From NCBI GenBank assembly GCA_040382535.1, contig JBEIFD010000001.1:1-24770 (forward strand): 24,770 nucleotides of DNA. The letters run 5' to 3'. The DNA is from Merismopediaceae cyanobacterium (GTDB taxonomy: Bacteria > Cyanobacteriota > Cyanobacteriia > Cyanobacteriales > Microcystaceae). Below are positions 7,852-17,409 of the stretch, in pieces. Under the pieces are notes generated by a model that had not been told where the DNA came from, ran no database searches, and worked only from the letters and a program-made list of their open reading frames with translations. Both the position numbers and the translations under genes were made by a program. Positions within the stretch are counted from its first letter, which is position 1. Each line of letters starts with the position of its first letter.

Positions 7852-9291
7852 GTGCCACTAGCAAACTATAACCCCGAATCATTTTATGATGAACTTTTTT
7901 CTGACGTAGGTTCACCCCGTCCCCACGCCGCCTCCTTAATCCAGTGGATGCAAAATCTACCCACCGAATCCCTACAACAACACCACGAAACCGCCCAATT
8001 AGCCCTATTCAACCTCGGTGTAACCTTTAGGGTTTACAGCGACCAGCAAGGTGTAGAACGAATCTTTCCCTTTGATATTATTCCCCGTATTATTGACGCT
8101 GACGATTGGCAAGCCCTAGAAAAAGCCCTCAAACAAAGAATTAAAGCCTTAAATTGTTTGTTAACTGATATCTACGGCCCCCAACAAATCATTAAAGACG
8201 GCAAAATCCCCCTAGAAATCATCGAATCTGCCAGTGGTTTTCTCAAACCCTGTTTAGGGATTACCCCACCTGCGGGAGTTTGGTGTCATATTACGGGAAC
8301 AGATTTAGTTAGAGACAAAGACGGAACCTGGTATGTATTAGAAGACAATTTGCGCGTTCCATCGGGAATTTCCTACGTTTTAGAAAATCGGCGGGTCATG
8401 AAAAGCACCTTTCCCGAAATTTTTCAAACCATGAACATCCAGCCCGTTGATGACTATCCCAGCCATTTACTGGAAACCTTACTCAACCTAGCCCCGCCCC
8501 GCTTACCCAATCCCAGGGTCGTCGTCCTTAGTCCTGGCATTTACAATTCAGCCTATTTTGAACATTCCTTTTTGGCTCAACAAATGGGCGTGGAATTAGT
8601 CGAAGGTCGCGATTTAATCGTCGTGGATGGTTATCTACAAATGCGGACAACTAAAGGTTTAGAGCGTGTGGATGTAATTTATCGTCGTTTGGATGATGAA
8701 TTTTTAGACCCCCAAGTATTTCGTCCTGACTCCTTCCTAGGAGTTCCTGGGTTAATGGAAGTTTATCGTCAAGGTCGAGTTGCCTTAGCCAATGCGCCTG
8801 GCACGGGAGTTGCTGATGATAAGGTTATCTATGCCTATGTGCCTGACATGATTCGTTATTATCTGGATGAAGAACCTCTACTGGCGAGTGTCCCGACCTA
8901 TTTATGTTGGCGAGAAAAAGACCGAGAATATGTCTTAGATCATTTATCGGAATTGGTAGTGAAATCGGCCAATGAAGCGGGGGGTTATGGAATGCTGATG
9001 GGGCCAAGTTCTACTGTTGCAGAACGGGAAGAATTTGCCGATAAAATTAGAACCCATCCTCGAAATTATATTGCCCAACCTGTGTTAAGTTTATCCCGTG
9101 TACCAACTTTAATTGATGGAAAAATTGAAGGTCGTCACGTAGATTTACGTCCCTATATTCTCAATCGGGGTGAAGAAATTTATGTCCATCCAGGCGGATT
9201 AACTCGTGTCGCTTTAAATAAAGGATCATTGGTCGTTAATTCTTCCCAGGGCGGGGGCAGTAAGGATACTTGGGTGTTAAGCAAGTCCTAA
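7852..9291 (+). CDS. Circularly permuted type 2 ATP-grasp protein
   Basis: GTG start with GAGGAG RBS at 7838-7843. Motifs VLEDNLRVPSGISY, NSAYFEHSFLAQQMG, NAPGTGVADDK, HVDLRPY and LVVNSSQGGGSKDTWV. Confidence 0.93.
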   Translation: MPLANYNPESFYDELFSDVGSPRPHAASLIQWMQNLPTESLQQHHETAQLALFNLGVTFRVYSDQQGVERIFPFDIIPRIIDADDWQALEKALKQRIKALNCLLTDIYGPQQIIKDGKIPLEIIESASGFLKPCLGITPPAGVWCHITGTDLVRDKDGTWYVLEDNLRVPSGISYVLENRRVMKSTFPEIFQTMNIQPVDDYPSHLLETLLNLAPPRLPNPRVVVLSPGIYNSAYFEHSFLAQQMGVELVEGRDLIVVDGYLQMRTTKGLERVDVIYRRLDDEFLDPQVFRPDSFLGVPGLMEVYRQGRVALANAPGTGVADDKVIYAYVPDMIRYYLDEEPLLASVPTYLCWREKDREYVLDHLSELVVKSANEAGGYGMLMGPSSTVAEREEFADKIRTHPRNYIAQPVLSLSRVPTLIDGKIEGRHVDLRPYILNRGEEIYVHPGGLTRVALNKGSLVVNSSQGGGSKDTWVLSKS

Positions 9292-9345
9292 GATCATCAA
9301 TAAATTAAGATCCTAATTATCAATTATTCACTATTACTTATCAAA

Positions 9346-10320
9346 ATGTTAAGCAGAGTTGCAGATTCTATTTATTGGTTAAATCGCTATATTGAACGGG
9401 CTGATAATGTGGCGCGTTTTGTGGATGTTAATCTCAATTTGATGCTGGATTTATCGAATAGTATTAATCAGCAATGGGAGCCACTGGTTCTGACGACGGG
9501 GGATTTAGAATTTTTTCGGGAGCATTACGGGACATTTAATGCGAATAATGTGATTAATTTTTTAACCTTTGATCAGCAATATTCCAACTCGATTATGTCT
9601 TGTCTTTACATGGCACGGGAAAATGCTCGCTCTATTCGGGAAATTATTTCTTCGGAAATGTGGGAAGAGGTCAATGGTTTTTACCTAATGGTTAAGGAAG
9701 CGGCAGAAAAGCCCCCCGAAAATATTCCTAGTTTCTTTTCCCAGGTTAAATTATCCAGTCATCGTTTCGCTGGAGTAATGGATGCAACCATGACCCACAA
9801 TGAAGGCTGGCATTTTGGACGGGTGGGACGGTTTCAGGAACGGGCGGATAAAACGGCTCGCATTTTGGATGTGAAATATTTTTATTTATTGCCCTCAGTG
9901 GAATGGGTGGGAACGCCGTTGGATCAGATTGAATGGATTGCTTTATTAAAATCAGCTAGTGCCTACGAAATGTATCGCAAGTGTGAAAGGCGGATTACTC
10001 CGACGAGTGTGGCGGCCTTTTTAATTTTAAATCGGGAGTTTCCCCGCTCGATTCATTTTTGTTTACATGAACTTCAGCGATCGCTGCATTCAATTGCGGG
10101 AACCTCCTTGGGAACCTGGAGTAATTCAGCAGAAAGGGATTTAGGAAAACTCTGTGGAGAATTAAGTTATTTAACCATTGAAGAAATCATTGAAATGGGT
10201 TTACATGAATTTCTGGATACTATACAGGGAAAAGTCAATAACATTGGCGTAAAAATCGCCCAAACTTTTTTTGTTAATGAACCAGTCTTGCCCCTTGCCC
10301 AATCCCAATATCAAAATTAA
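9346..10320 (+). CDS. Alpha-E domain protein
   Basis: MLSRVADSIYWLNRYIERA, ARENAR, a second ER motif (FQERADKT) and FPRS. It is the canonical partner of the CP-ATP-grasp gene. Confidence 0.92.
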   Translation: MLSRVADSIYWLNRYIERADNVARFVDVNLNLMLDLSNSINQQWEPLVLTTGDLEFFREHYGTFNANNVINFLTFDQQYSNSIMSCLYMARENARSIREIISSEMWEEVNGFYLMVKEAAEKPPENIPSFFSQVKLSSHRFAGVMDATMTHNEGWHFGRVGRFQERADKTARILDVKYFYLLPSVEWVGTPLDQIEWIALLKSASAYEMYRKCERRITPTSVAAFLILNREFPRSIHFCLHELQRSLHSIAGTSLGTWSNSAERDLGKLCGELSYLTIEEIIEMGLHEFLDTIQGKVNNIGVKIAQTFFVNEPVLPLAQSQYQN

Positions 10321-10444
10321 AAACTTCAGAGAATGCCTATTTTTAAAATAATCCTTTTAAAATAGCGAGACAATCTGTTACTTGTCGGTTTATTATTTTA
10401 GAAACTAAACTGCATCTATAGCAATTAATTTGGTAAAAAAACCT

Positions 10445-10768
10445 ATGCTTTCTGACGAAACCCCCAAAAACAGAAAGAATCCCCTAGTTCGAGTTTTTCG
10501 GAAATATCACCGAGTTTTAGGAATTATCCTATGTTTGCCCTTAGTTTTAACCGTTCTCACAGGAGTCGCCTACACGATCGCCGTAGATTGGTTTGAACAA
10601 ACAGACGCGATCGAGCTATTGATGGGACTACACACCCTAAAAATAGTCCATCTGGAAAAATTCTATCCTTTGCTCAATGGGATCGGTTTGATTGGGTTGC
10701 TGGTAACAGGGATGACGATGACGAATTTATTTAAAAAGCCAAAGGGCGTTAATCAAAATCCCGAATAG
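10445..10768 (+). CDS. Small membrane protein, PepSY-associated TM-like
   Basis: FRKYHRVLGIIL...LTVLTG...LMGLHT...YPLLNG with two hydrophobic segments. ATG 10445 is preferred over TTG 10430. Confidence 0.6.
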   Translation: MLSDETPKNRKNPLVRVFRKYHRVLGIILCLPLVLTVLTGVAYTIAVDWFEQTDAIELLMGLHTLKIVHLEKFYPLLNGIGLIGLLVTGMTMTNLFKKPKGVNQNPE

Positions 10769-10779
10769 TTTTTAGTGAA

Positions 10780-11253
10780 TCAGGCTAATTCTTTAACTTT
10801 GGCTAATATAGATTCAACATGACCTTTGACCTTAACACTCGGCCAGACATAAGCGATATTACCCGATGGATCAATCAGGAAAGTTGAACGAATAATGCCC
10901 ATATACTCCTTTCCCATAAATTTTTTCAAACCCCACACTCCATAGGATTCGGCAACTTCGTGGTCTGGATCGCTGAGTAATTGCAGAGCGAGACTATGTT
11001 TTTCGATAAATTTGCAGTGGGATTTGACGGAATCGGGACTCACTCCTAAAACTTTAACGTTTAAATTTTCCCATTCTGCTTGTTTTTGACTGAAATTAAG
11101 GGCTTCTGTCGTGCAACCAGGCGTATTATCCTTGGGATAAAAATAAAGAATTAACCAACTCCCTTGAAAATCTAATAAACTTAGGGTTTTGTCATCTTGA
11201 TTGGTTGCGGAAAAAGGGGGAGCGGGTTGCCCGATCGCAGGAAGTTGGGTCAT
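10780..11253 (-). CDS. bcp: Thioredoxin-dependent thiol peroxidase (BCP/PrxQ)
   Basis: LYFYPKDNTPGCTTEA, SHCKF, RSTFLIDP and VKVKGH. Confidence 0.95.
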   Translation of the reverse strand: MTQLPAIGQPAPPFSATNQDDKTLSLLDFQGSWLILYFYPKDNTPGCTTEALNFSQKQAEWENLNVKVLGVSPDSVKSHCKFIEKHSLALQLLSDPDHEVAESYGVWGLKKFMGKEYMGIIRSTFLIDPSGNIAYVWPSVKVKGHVESILAKVKELA

Positions 11254-11259
11254 TGTAAC

Positions 11260-12114
11260 TTAGTAATGTAAGGGAATTAAAATCAAAGGAACAAAGGCTA
11301 AACCCAATAAAACCCAATTTAAAAAATTATTTTCAATTAACAAGGTATCTGGGGGTTCAATTAGATAATTAATACGGCTAACTAAACGATTATCTTGATG
11401 ATTGAATGCCGCACAGATCGCTTCAAAATTGGGAAAGATGGTCACTTCCTGCATATTTTTGGCGACTAACATCAACGATTCTGCTAATAGCAAGGGATCG
11501 ACCTGTTGAGCTGCTTTTTTGTCTGCCCGAATTTCTCTCATAAATAATAACTCTTGCCAAAGTTGTTCAGTTTGAGGAAGCCAAAAGCTGATCTCGCGCA
11601 ACCAACCCAGGCAGAAAAACCAAAAGGTATCTCGATAATAATAATGGGCATTTTCGTGAGCGAGGACGGCTTGTAAATGTTCCTCGTCTAGACTGTCTAA
11701 TAATCCTTGACTAATCACTAATTCAGGATTCCAGAGGCCAATTTGCGCACTGTAGGGGAATGGTGTCTCTAGGATGCGAGTGGGTTGATTTTGGATAAAT
11801 CCTTTGGTGTAATGCCGAATTTGTTGAATAGCTCTGGTTGCTTGCCAGAGTCGATACAAACCTAATCCCAAGCTCCACAGCAAAAACGCGATCGCCACAC
11901 CATAACTTAACCAACTTGCCTTTAACCCAAACATCATGCCCTGATAACCCATTGAAACAACGGCCAGAGCAGTCATCAGCAGTAATACAGGGGGGAAAAC
12001 AAAAAGAAATAGGACTTTTTGCCAACAAAATCCTGATTCAGGACTTAAAACAGGAATTAATGCCCGTAATAACCAAGCAATGCCTATCGCCAAGATTAAT
12101 ATCATTAAGTGCAT
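11260..12114 (-). CDS. petP: BlaR/M56-like membrane metalloprotease, probable PetP
   Basis: N-terminal TM helices, HEXXH (LAHENAH) and EIRAD. It lies directly downstream of a BlaI-family regulator. Confidence 0.8.
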   Translation of the reverse strand: MHLMILILAIGIAWLLRALIPVLSPESGFCWQKVLFLFVFPPVLLLMTALAVVSMGYQGMMFGLKASWLSYGVAIAFLLWSLGLGLYRLWQATRAIQQIRHYTKGFIQNQPTRILETPFPYSAQIGLWNPELVISQGLLDSLDEEHLQAVLAHENAHYYYRDTFWFFCLGWLREISFWLPQTEQLWQELLFMREIRADKKAAQQVDPLLLAESLMLVAKNMQEVTIFPNFEAICAAFNHQDNRLVSRINYLIEPPDTLLIENNFLNWVLLGLAFVPLILIPLHY

Positions 12115-12123
12115 AGATTAAAA

Positions 12124-12540
12124 CTACTCCCCCCGTTGAGAACGAATGGCTTTCAGTCGGGTTGCGATCGCGTCTAGTTGTTCAATGCTCGCCGTATCTA
12201 AACTATCGGCAAAGGAGGCGACCACATCGGGATTACTAATAGACAAAAATTGCTGTAATTGTTCGTAGGACTTAATTGCCTTAGCCTGAGCCCTAGAAAC
12301 GGTCGCTTTCCAAGAAAACGCCTTACCTTCCCTATGGCAAACCAGCCAACCTTTTTGGGTCAGACGATTTAACACCGTTGTGACTGAAGAATAGGCCAGT
12401 TCGCGATCGGGATTCGCTAAAATTCGTTCATGAATATCTTTTACCGTCGCAATTTCCAGATCCCAAACAATTTGTAAAATCTCGCTCTCTAGGGGGCCAA
12501 GGGACAGTTGATGGGGACGATGGGGAGGAAGCCAAGACAT
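12124..12540 (-). CDS. petR: BlaI/MecI/CopY-family transcriptional regulator, probable PetR
   Basis: LSLGPLESEILQIVW...ELAYSSVTTVLNRLTQKGWL winged helix. The regulator-protease-bcp order matches the Synechocystis slr0240-slr0242 locus as I recall it. Confidence 0.8.
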   Translation of the reverse strand: MSWLPPHRPHQLSLGPLESEILQIVWDLEIATVKDIHERILANPDRELAYSSVTTVLNRLTQKGWLVCHREGKAFSWKATVSRAQAKAIKSYEQLQQFLSISNPDVVASFADSLDTASIEQLDAIATRLKAIRSQRGE

Positions 12541-12635
12541 AAGCAATAGAGATCAATAATTCCTAATGGGGTTAGTGTATCTTAGTAAATAATACGTTTA
12601 ATGCACTCATAGAGCAAATATTCCCAACGAAGCCT

Positions 12636-13427
12636 ATGACTCTTTCTCTTGATAAAACTAACCTAGCGATCGAGTGGGAACTTCTTCCCGCCGATTACAT
12701 TTTACCAGATGATCCTGTGGATAATGATACTCAACCCCTATTAGCCGAAGCCCTCAGAGAAGGCATTACGGAAGCTCAACTCCTTAAATCCACTGGATTT
12801 ATTGCTACCAATTTCGGCATCTGTTTACGAGTGGCGGGAAAATTTGTTATCAAAGCTCCTGATTGGGTTTGGGTGCAAGAAACAAAAGAACAACGCTCTG
12901 GCCGTCGTAGTTATACACCCCACCGAGAAGGAGATTTACCCCAGATAGTGATGGAATTTCTCTCAGAAACCGATGGTGGAGAATATTCTGTCTATCCTAA
13001 TTTTCCCTACGGTAAATGGTACTACTATGAACAGCTACTAAAAGTTCCCTATTACTGTATTTTTGAACCAGAAACAGGACATCTGGAATGTTATGTTTGG
13101 AAGCAAGGACATTATCAACCTTTGACTCCTAATGAGCAGGGTCTATTTTGGATAGAAACTTTAGATCTATTTTTAGGAGTTTGGCAAGGAGAAAGAGCCG
13201 CTCGCCAGGGCTATTGGTTGCGGTGGTGGAATGCTTCAGCAGAATTATTATTGTGGGGCAACGAAAAAGCCCAACAAGAATATCTGAGAGCAGAAAAGGC
13301 TCTTCAGGAATTAGAACAGCAGCGTCTAAAGGTTGTGCAAGCTCTTCAGGAAGCAGAGCAACAAAAACAACAGGCCCAACGGTTAGCTGAAAAATTGAGA
13401 GAGTTAGGCGTTGATCCTAATGGCTGA
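12636..13427 (+). CDS. Uma2 (DUF820) family endonuclease with C-terminal coiled coil
   Basis: LPDDPVDN, KAPDW, PQIVMEFLS, GKWYYYE, WLRWW and the tail AQRLAEKLRELGVDP. Confidence 0.9.
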   Translation: MTLSLDKTNLAIEWELLPADYILPDDPVDNDTQPLLAEALREGITEAQLLKSTGFIATNFGICLRVAGKFVIKAPDWVWVQETKEQRSGRRSYTPHREGDLPQIVMEFLSETDGGEYSVYPNFPYGKWYYYEQLLKVPYYCIFEPETGHLECYVWKQGHYQPLTPNEQGLFWIETLDLFLGVWQGERAARQGYWLRWWNASAELLLWGNEKAQQEYLRAEKALQELEQQRLKVVQALQEAEQQKQQAQRLAEKLRELGVDPNG

Positions 13428-13522
13428 TTTTTAATTAGTATCTATTGACACAAAATACAAACTCCCCCTTAACTAAATTACCTATTGATCGGTTATACTG
13501 GAGAGAGTATTGAGGAAAAATC

Positions 13523-13783
13523 ATGGGACAGCGATTAAAACGGTGGGAGTCACCCCGTCGCGAGGGTCGAAATGACAAGGGCAAAGGGGGTTCGGCACGG
13601 CAACGACAACTGAAAAAACGACAACAGATGTTACGCCAGAAACTCCAAGACAATTCCAATAATTCAGATAAGGGAAGAGATTTTATAAAGAAGTCTCTTC
13701 TTTTTTTGTGGAACAGCTACTTGCGTGTTAATCGTTATAGAAACAAGACCTACAGCATTTTCTTATTCAATCTCAACAGTTAA
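13523..13783 (+). CDS. Small basic protein (WESPRREGRNDKGKGGSARQRQ); candidate alternative ribosome-rescue factor
   Basis: GAGG RBS at 13512-13515 and a TATACT -10 box at 13494-13499. The N-terminal ~42 aa are very Arg/Lys-rich, and I recall similar short proteins as cyanobacterial hypotheticals. The function is inference only. Confidence 0.7.
   Translation: MGQRLKRWESPRREGRNDKGKGGSARQRQLKKRQQMLRQKLQDNSNNSDKGRDFIKKSLLFLWNSYLRVNRYRNKTYSIFLFNLNS
13674..13707 (+). terminator. Intrinsic terminator located inside the small ORF
   Basis: Stem GAAGAGATTT (13674-13683) pairs with AAGTCTCTTC (13691-13700), with one G-U pair and a 7-nt loop, followed by T7 (13701-13707). Confidence 0.7.
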
Positions 13784-13841
13784 GGACATAATATATTATG
13801 TCCCTACAGGATTTTGTCCATCACCTCAACGGCAAGTTTTG

Positions 13842-15416
13842 ATGATTAAAAATTTACATTTTCAGAAAATTATTAATATTAAAAATTATCAAGATAAAGA
13901 GTGGTTAATTGTCTTAACTTTATCAGCATTTTTTCTATGGTTTATTAATTTGGGAAGCGTCGCTCTCAGGGATTGGGATGAAGGTTATTATGCGACTGTT
14001 TCCCAGGATATGTTTAATCGAAATACCTGGCTTTATCCCACCTATCAAGGCCAGCCTTTTTTATTAAAACCCCCTTTATTGTTGTGGCTCATTCATCTGA
14101 GTTATTCCCTCTTGGGTATTAGTGAATGGACATCCCGTTTACCGTCTGCCTTTTTAGCCGCTTGTGGTGTGCCTCTTCTTTATCTAATGGGTCGAGAATT
14201 ATTTATTAATCGTTCTGCGGCTATTTTTTCGGCAGGTGTTTATTTAACGTTATTGCCTGTGGTTAGATTAGGAAGGTTAGCGATGTTGGATGGCATGATT
14301 AACACTTTTCTTTTGTTAGCAATTTTAAGTTTACTTAAAGGAAAAAAATCACCGTATTGGTTAATCGGAATCGGCATTGGCTTGGGGTTAATTACCTTAA
14401 CGAAAGGAATTTTGGTGTTGGCATTGGGTGCGATTTTATTGGTTTTTATTGTTCTGGATGGACGTTGGAAAATTTTACTTAATCCCTATTTATGGATTGG
14501 ATTAATTCTCGGATTTATACCTGTTTTTCTCTGGTATGGTTTACAAGTTCAACATTACGGACAAACTTTTATTCAGGTTCATTTTCAATCCCAAAGCTTT
14601 GATCGCCTCTCGACTGCGGTAGAAGGTAATACGGGGCCGATTTGGTTTTATTTGATTGATTTATTAAAGTATTCCTGTCCTTGGTTTTTCTTTTTTGTCC
14701 CAGGCTTTTATTTATCCATTAAAAACTATCAAAAAAGTTGGGCAAAATTGGCATTAATCGGTAGCATTATGTATTTTGGCACGGTTTCCTTGATGACAAC
14801 TAAGTTACCCTGGTATCTCATGCCTTTCTATGGCTTCTTCGCTTTAATCACAGGGGCTTATTTAGATTATCTCTATCATCATCCTAAAAAATATCCTCGT
14901 TTAATCTTTTATTTACTGAGTTTATGTGGAATTGTCACGTTAGGCGGAGCAATTTATTTTACTTTTTTTCAACCAAAATTACCTTTAGTCTTAATTAGCC
15001 TAACAATATCGATCGCGTTTATTTTGACAGCGATTCAATTTTGGAAAAATCAGCCTAATTTTATTCCAACTTTAATGATCGGTATTTATTTGACCCTGAG
15101 TTTATTAATGATTTCTCCCCTCTGGCTCTGGGAATTAAATGAAGCTTTTCCTGTCAAACCTGTTGCCCAATTAATCAAACAATCTACGCCTTCTAATACA
15201 ACAATTTACACTTCCTTTGCCTATAGTCGTACCAGTTTAGATTTTTATAGCGATCGCCAAATCCTGGCAGTCGATCGCAGTAAGCTAGAAGAATTAAAGC
15301 AAAAACCCAATTATTTTTTGTTGGACAAGGAAAATCTAGAAAAATTAGCCCTAACAAATTATCAAACTCTAGGAAAAGCAGAAGGATTTGTGTTAATCTG
15401 GTCAAATCCTCATTAA
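13842..15416 (+). CDS. ArnT/PMT-like (GT-C fold) glycosyltransferase
   Basis: LRDWDEGYYA, KPPLLLW, SRLPSA and RLAMLD with many TM helices. ATG 13842 is preferred over the 13725 ORF start. Confidence 0.88.
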   Translation: MIKNLHFQKIINIKNYQDKEWLIVLTLSAFFLWFINLGSVALRDWDEGYYATVSQDMFNRNTWLYPTYQGQPFLLKPPLLLWLIHLSYSLLGISEWTSRLPSAFLAACGVPLLYLMGRELFINRSAAIFSAGVYLTLLPVVRLGRLAMLDGMINTFLLLAILSLLKGKKSPYWLIGIGIGLGLITLTKGILVLALGAILLVFIVLDGRWKILLNPYLWIGLILGFIPVFLWYGLQVQHYGQTFIQVHFQSQSFDRLSTAVEGNTGPIWFYLIDLLKYSCPWFFFFVPGFYLSIKNYQKSWAKLALIGSIMYFGTVSLMTTKLPWYLMPFYGFFALITGAYLDYLYHHPKKYPRLIFYLLSLCGIVTLGGAIYFTFFQPKLPLVLISLTISIAFILTAIQFWKNQPNFIPTLMIGIYLTLSLLMISPLWLWELNEAFPVKPVAQLIKQSTPSNTTIYTSFAYSRTSLDFYSDRQILAVDRSKLEELKQKPNYFLLDKENLEKLALTNYQTLGKAEGFVLIWSNPH

Positions 15417-15443
15417 ATATTATTTAAAAATTATTGATTGACC

Positions 15444-17027
15444 ATGACAACGAAACGATTAATTCTAGCCGTTTTAACAGTTATTTCTTTGATTCCTTTT
15501 TTTCTATCTCTCTTCGGGAGTCTGAATGAAGCCCAAATCCAATCTAACTTAGAACTTTCTCAGACAAATTTACTGTTGGATGCGACTGAAATTCAAAATG
15601 ATTTAGGTGAGCTTAGTCAAGATCTTTCGTCGGAACAAATTGAATCCTTAGAAAAACTGTTACTAGGGAATGAACCCTATAGTATTGCTGAAGATCAATA
15701 TAAAGACGCACGGACTTCAATCCAAAAGAATGTCGATCAACTCAATAATCAATTAACTAAGGTAACGAATTTAGTGGGATTAAAGCAAGATGATTTTGCC
15801 GATTTTAAATTAATTCAAAAAAATACCTCTCAAGAAAAACTCATTGAAAAAAGTATTGCTAAAGTCAGAACTAATCTTTATGAGACGGATTTAAAAATTG
15901 GTTTAATTAAGGCGAGACAGGATAAAGTTTCAGAGGCGCAAAAAATCTGGGAAAAATTAATTAATATAGAGTCTGCCGATAATCAGTTAGATAAAATCCA
16001 GAAAACCGCAGAGATTTTAAAAAATTTATGGAGTAATCCCGCGATCGCTGATCCCAATGCTGAATTAATTTTGACCGAAAATCTCAAGGGTTGGTTTCGC
16101 TATCAAGCCTTAGATCGTTACTATGAAATCACTAATCAAACAGAAGCAAAAAGCCAATTAGAAAAACAGCAAACTTTAGTTGCTAACCAAGCTATTTTAA
16201 AACTATTGGCCATTAGTACCCTCCCCCTATTGGGCGGAATGTTAGGAGTTGGTCTTTTAGTGTTTTTATTACTACAATTGTTGATCCAAAAAGAAGAAAC
16301 AATTCTAGCAAATTTTTATCAAAAGACTTGGGAAACACCCTGGGATTGGGAAACAATTTGGCAAGTTTTGATTGTTGGTTTCTTTTTTCTGGGACAAATC
16401 GCTCTGCCCCTTTTGTTGGGATTTATTCATTTTGACGCATCAGCACTGACATTACGAGGCAAAGCCTATTATGTCTTAGCCAGCTATGGCGCAATGACGG
16501 CGGGTGGTCTTTTGGTGCTGTATCTTTCCCTCAAATCTTTTTTCCCTCTGCCCCAGGATTGGTTTCGGTTTAGTTTAGGTGATCGCTGGTTTTTGTGGGG
16601 AATCGGAGGCTATTTTATTGCGTTACCTTTAGTGGTGATTATTTCTTTGATTAATCAACAATTATGGCAAGGTCAAGGCGGTAGTAATCCTCTCTTATTT
16701 TTAGCCCTAGAAGCTCAAGATAAAGTCATTTTAGCGATCTTCTTTTTTACGGCATCGATCGCGGCTCCCTTTTTTGAAGAAATTATGTTTCGGGGATTTT
16801 TATTACCTTCTCTGACGCGCTATGTTCCCGTTTGGGCGGCGATTGGTTTGAGTAGTTTGCTATTTGCTATTGCTCATCTGAATTTATCGGAAGTTTTACC
16901 CCTAGCAATGTTGGGCATTATTCTCGGTGTGGTTTATACGCGATCGCGTAACTTATTGGCTTCGATGTTATTACATAGTTTGTGGAATAGTGGAACGTTG
17001 ATCAGTTTATTTATCTTAGGAAGTTGA
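15444..17027 (+). CDS. CPBP (Abi/CAAX) intramembrane metalloprotease with soluble N-terminal domain
   Basis: APFFEEIMFRGFL, LFAIAH and HSLWN motifs. Confidence 0.9.
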   Translation: MTTKRLILAVLTVISLIPFFLSLFGSLNEAQIQSNLELSQTNLLLDATEIQNDLGELSQDLSSEQIESLEKLLLGNEPYSIAEDQYKDARTSIQKNVDQLNNQLTKVTNLVGLKQDDFADFKLIQKNTSQEKLIEKSIAKVRTNLYETDLKIGLIKARQDKVSEAQKIWEKLINIESADNQLDKIQKTAEILKNLWSNPAIADPNAELILTENLKGWFRYQALDRYYEITNQTEAKSQLEKQQTLVANQAILKLLAISTLPLLGGMLGVGLLVFLLLQLLIQKEETILANFYQKTWETPWDWETIWQVLIVGFFFLGQIALPLLLGFIHFDASALTLRGKAYYVLASYGAMTAGGLLVLYLSLKSFFPLPQDWFRFSLGDRWFLWGIGGYFIALPLVVIISLINQQLWQGQGGSNPLLFLALEAQDKVILAIFFFTASIAAPFFEEIMFRGFLLPSLTRYVPVWAAIGLSSLLFAIAHLNLSEVLPLAMLGIILGVVYTRSRNLLASMLLHSLWNSGTLISLFILGS

Positions 17028-17070
17028 TTATAATGCGGTATAGATCAGCGATCATGTTACTTAATTTCTC

Positions 17071-17409
17071 TCAAAATTCAGGAGGAATTTTTAACATTAA
17101 TTCTTCAATGAGAGACGGTATTTCAGATTGAATCACATTCCAAACAATATTGAGGTTGACATCATCATATTCATGCACTAATCGATTTCGCATTCCATTG
17201 ATTTCTTGCCAAGAGATGTTGGGTAAACTCAGTCGAGTTGCTTCTGAAACCCTTCTTGCTGCTTCAGCAATAATCAAAAGTCGTCGAATGACAGAATCTT
17301 GAAGTTGTACGTTTTCAAGGAACTCATCTTTCGAGCATTGAGCCGTGTAAGTCATAATTAATTCTGCTGACTGGAGCATATCAAGCAGAAATTGAAGATC
17401 CCGTTGCAT
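17071..17409 (-). CDS. HEPN (DUF86/HepT-like) ribonuclease toxin
   Basis: R-X4-H-X-Y motif (RNRLVHEY) and QDSVIRRL...EA. Confidence 0.9.
   Translation of the reverse strand: MQRDLQFLLDMLQSAELIMTYTAQCSKDEFLENVQLQDSVIRRLLIIAEAARRVSEATRLSLPNISWQEINGMRNRLVHEYDDVNLNIVWNVIQSEIPSLIEELMLKIPPEF

Noticed and set aside
10337-10365. AT-only inverted repeat after the alpha-E gene
   Set aside because: The stem is almost all A/T and too weak to call a terminator.
8825-13659. Short overlapping ORFs (8825-9007, 11723-12028, 11838-12116, 13148-13390, 13435-13659)
   Set aside because: They overlap well-supported genes and have no recognisable motifs or RBS.
13725-13841. N-terminal extension of the ArnT-like ORF
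   Set aside because: It starts at a non-ATG codon, overlaps the small ORF and has no family similarity; ATG 13842 is preferred.
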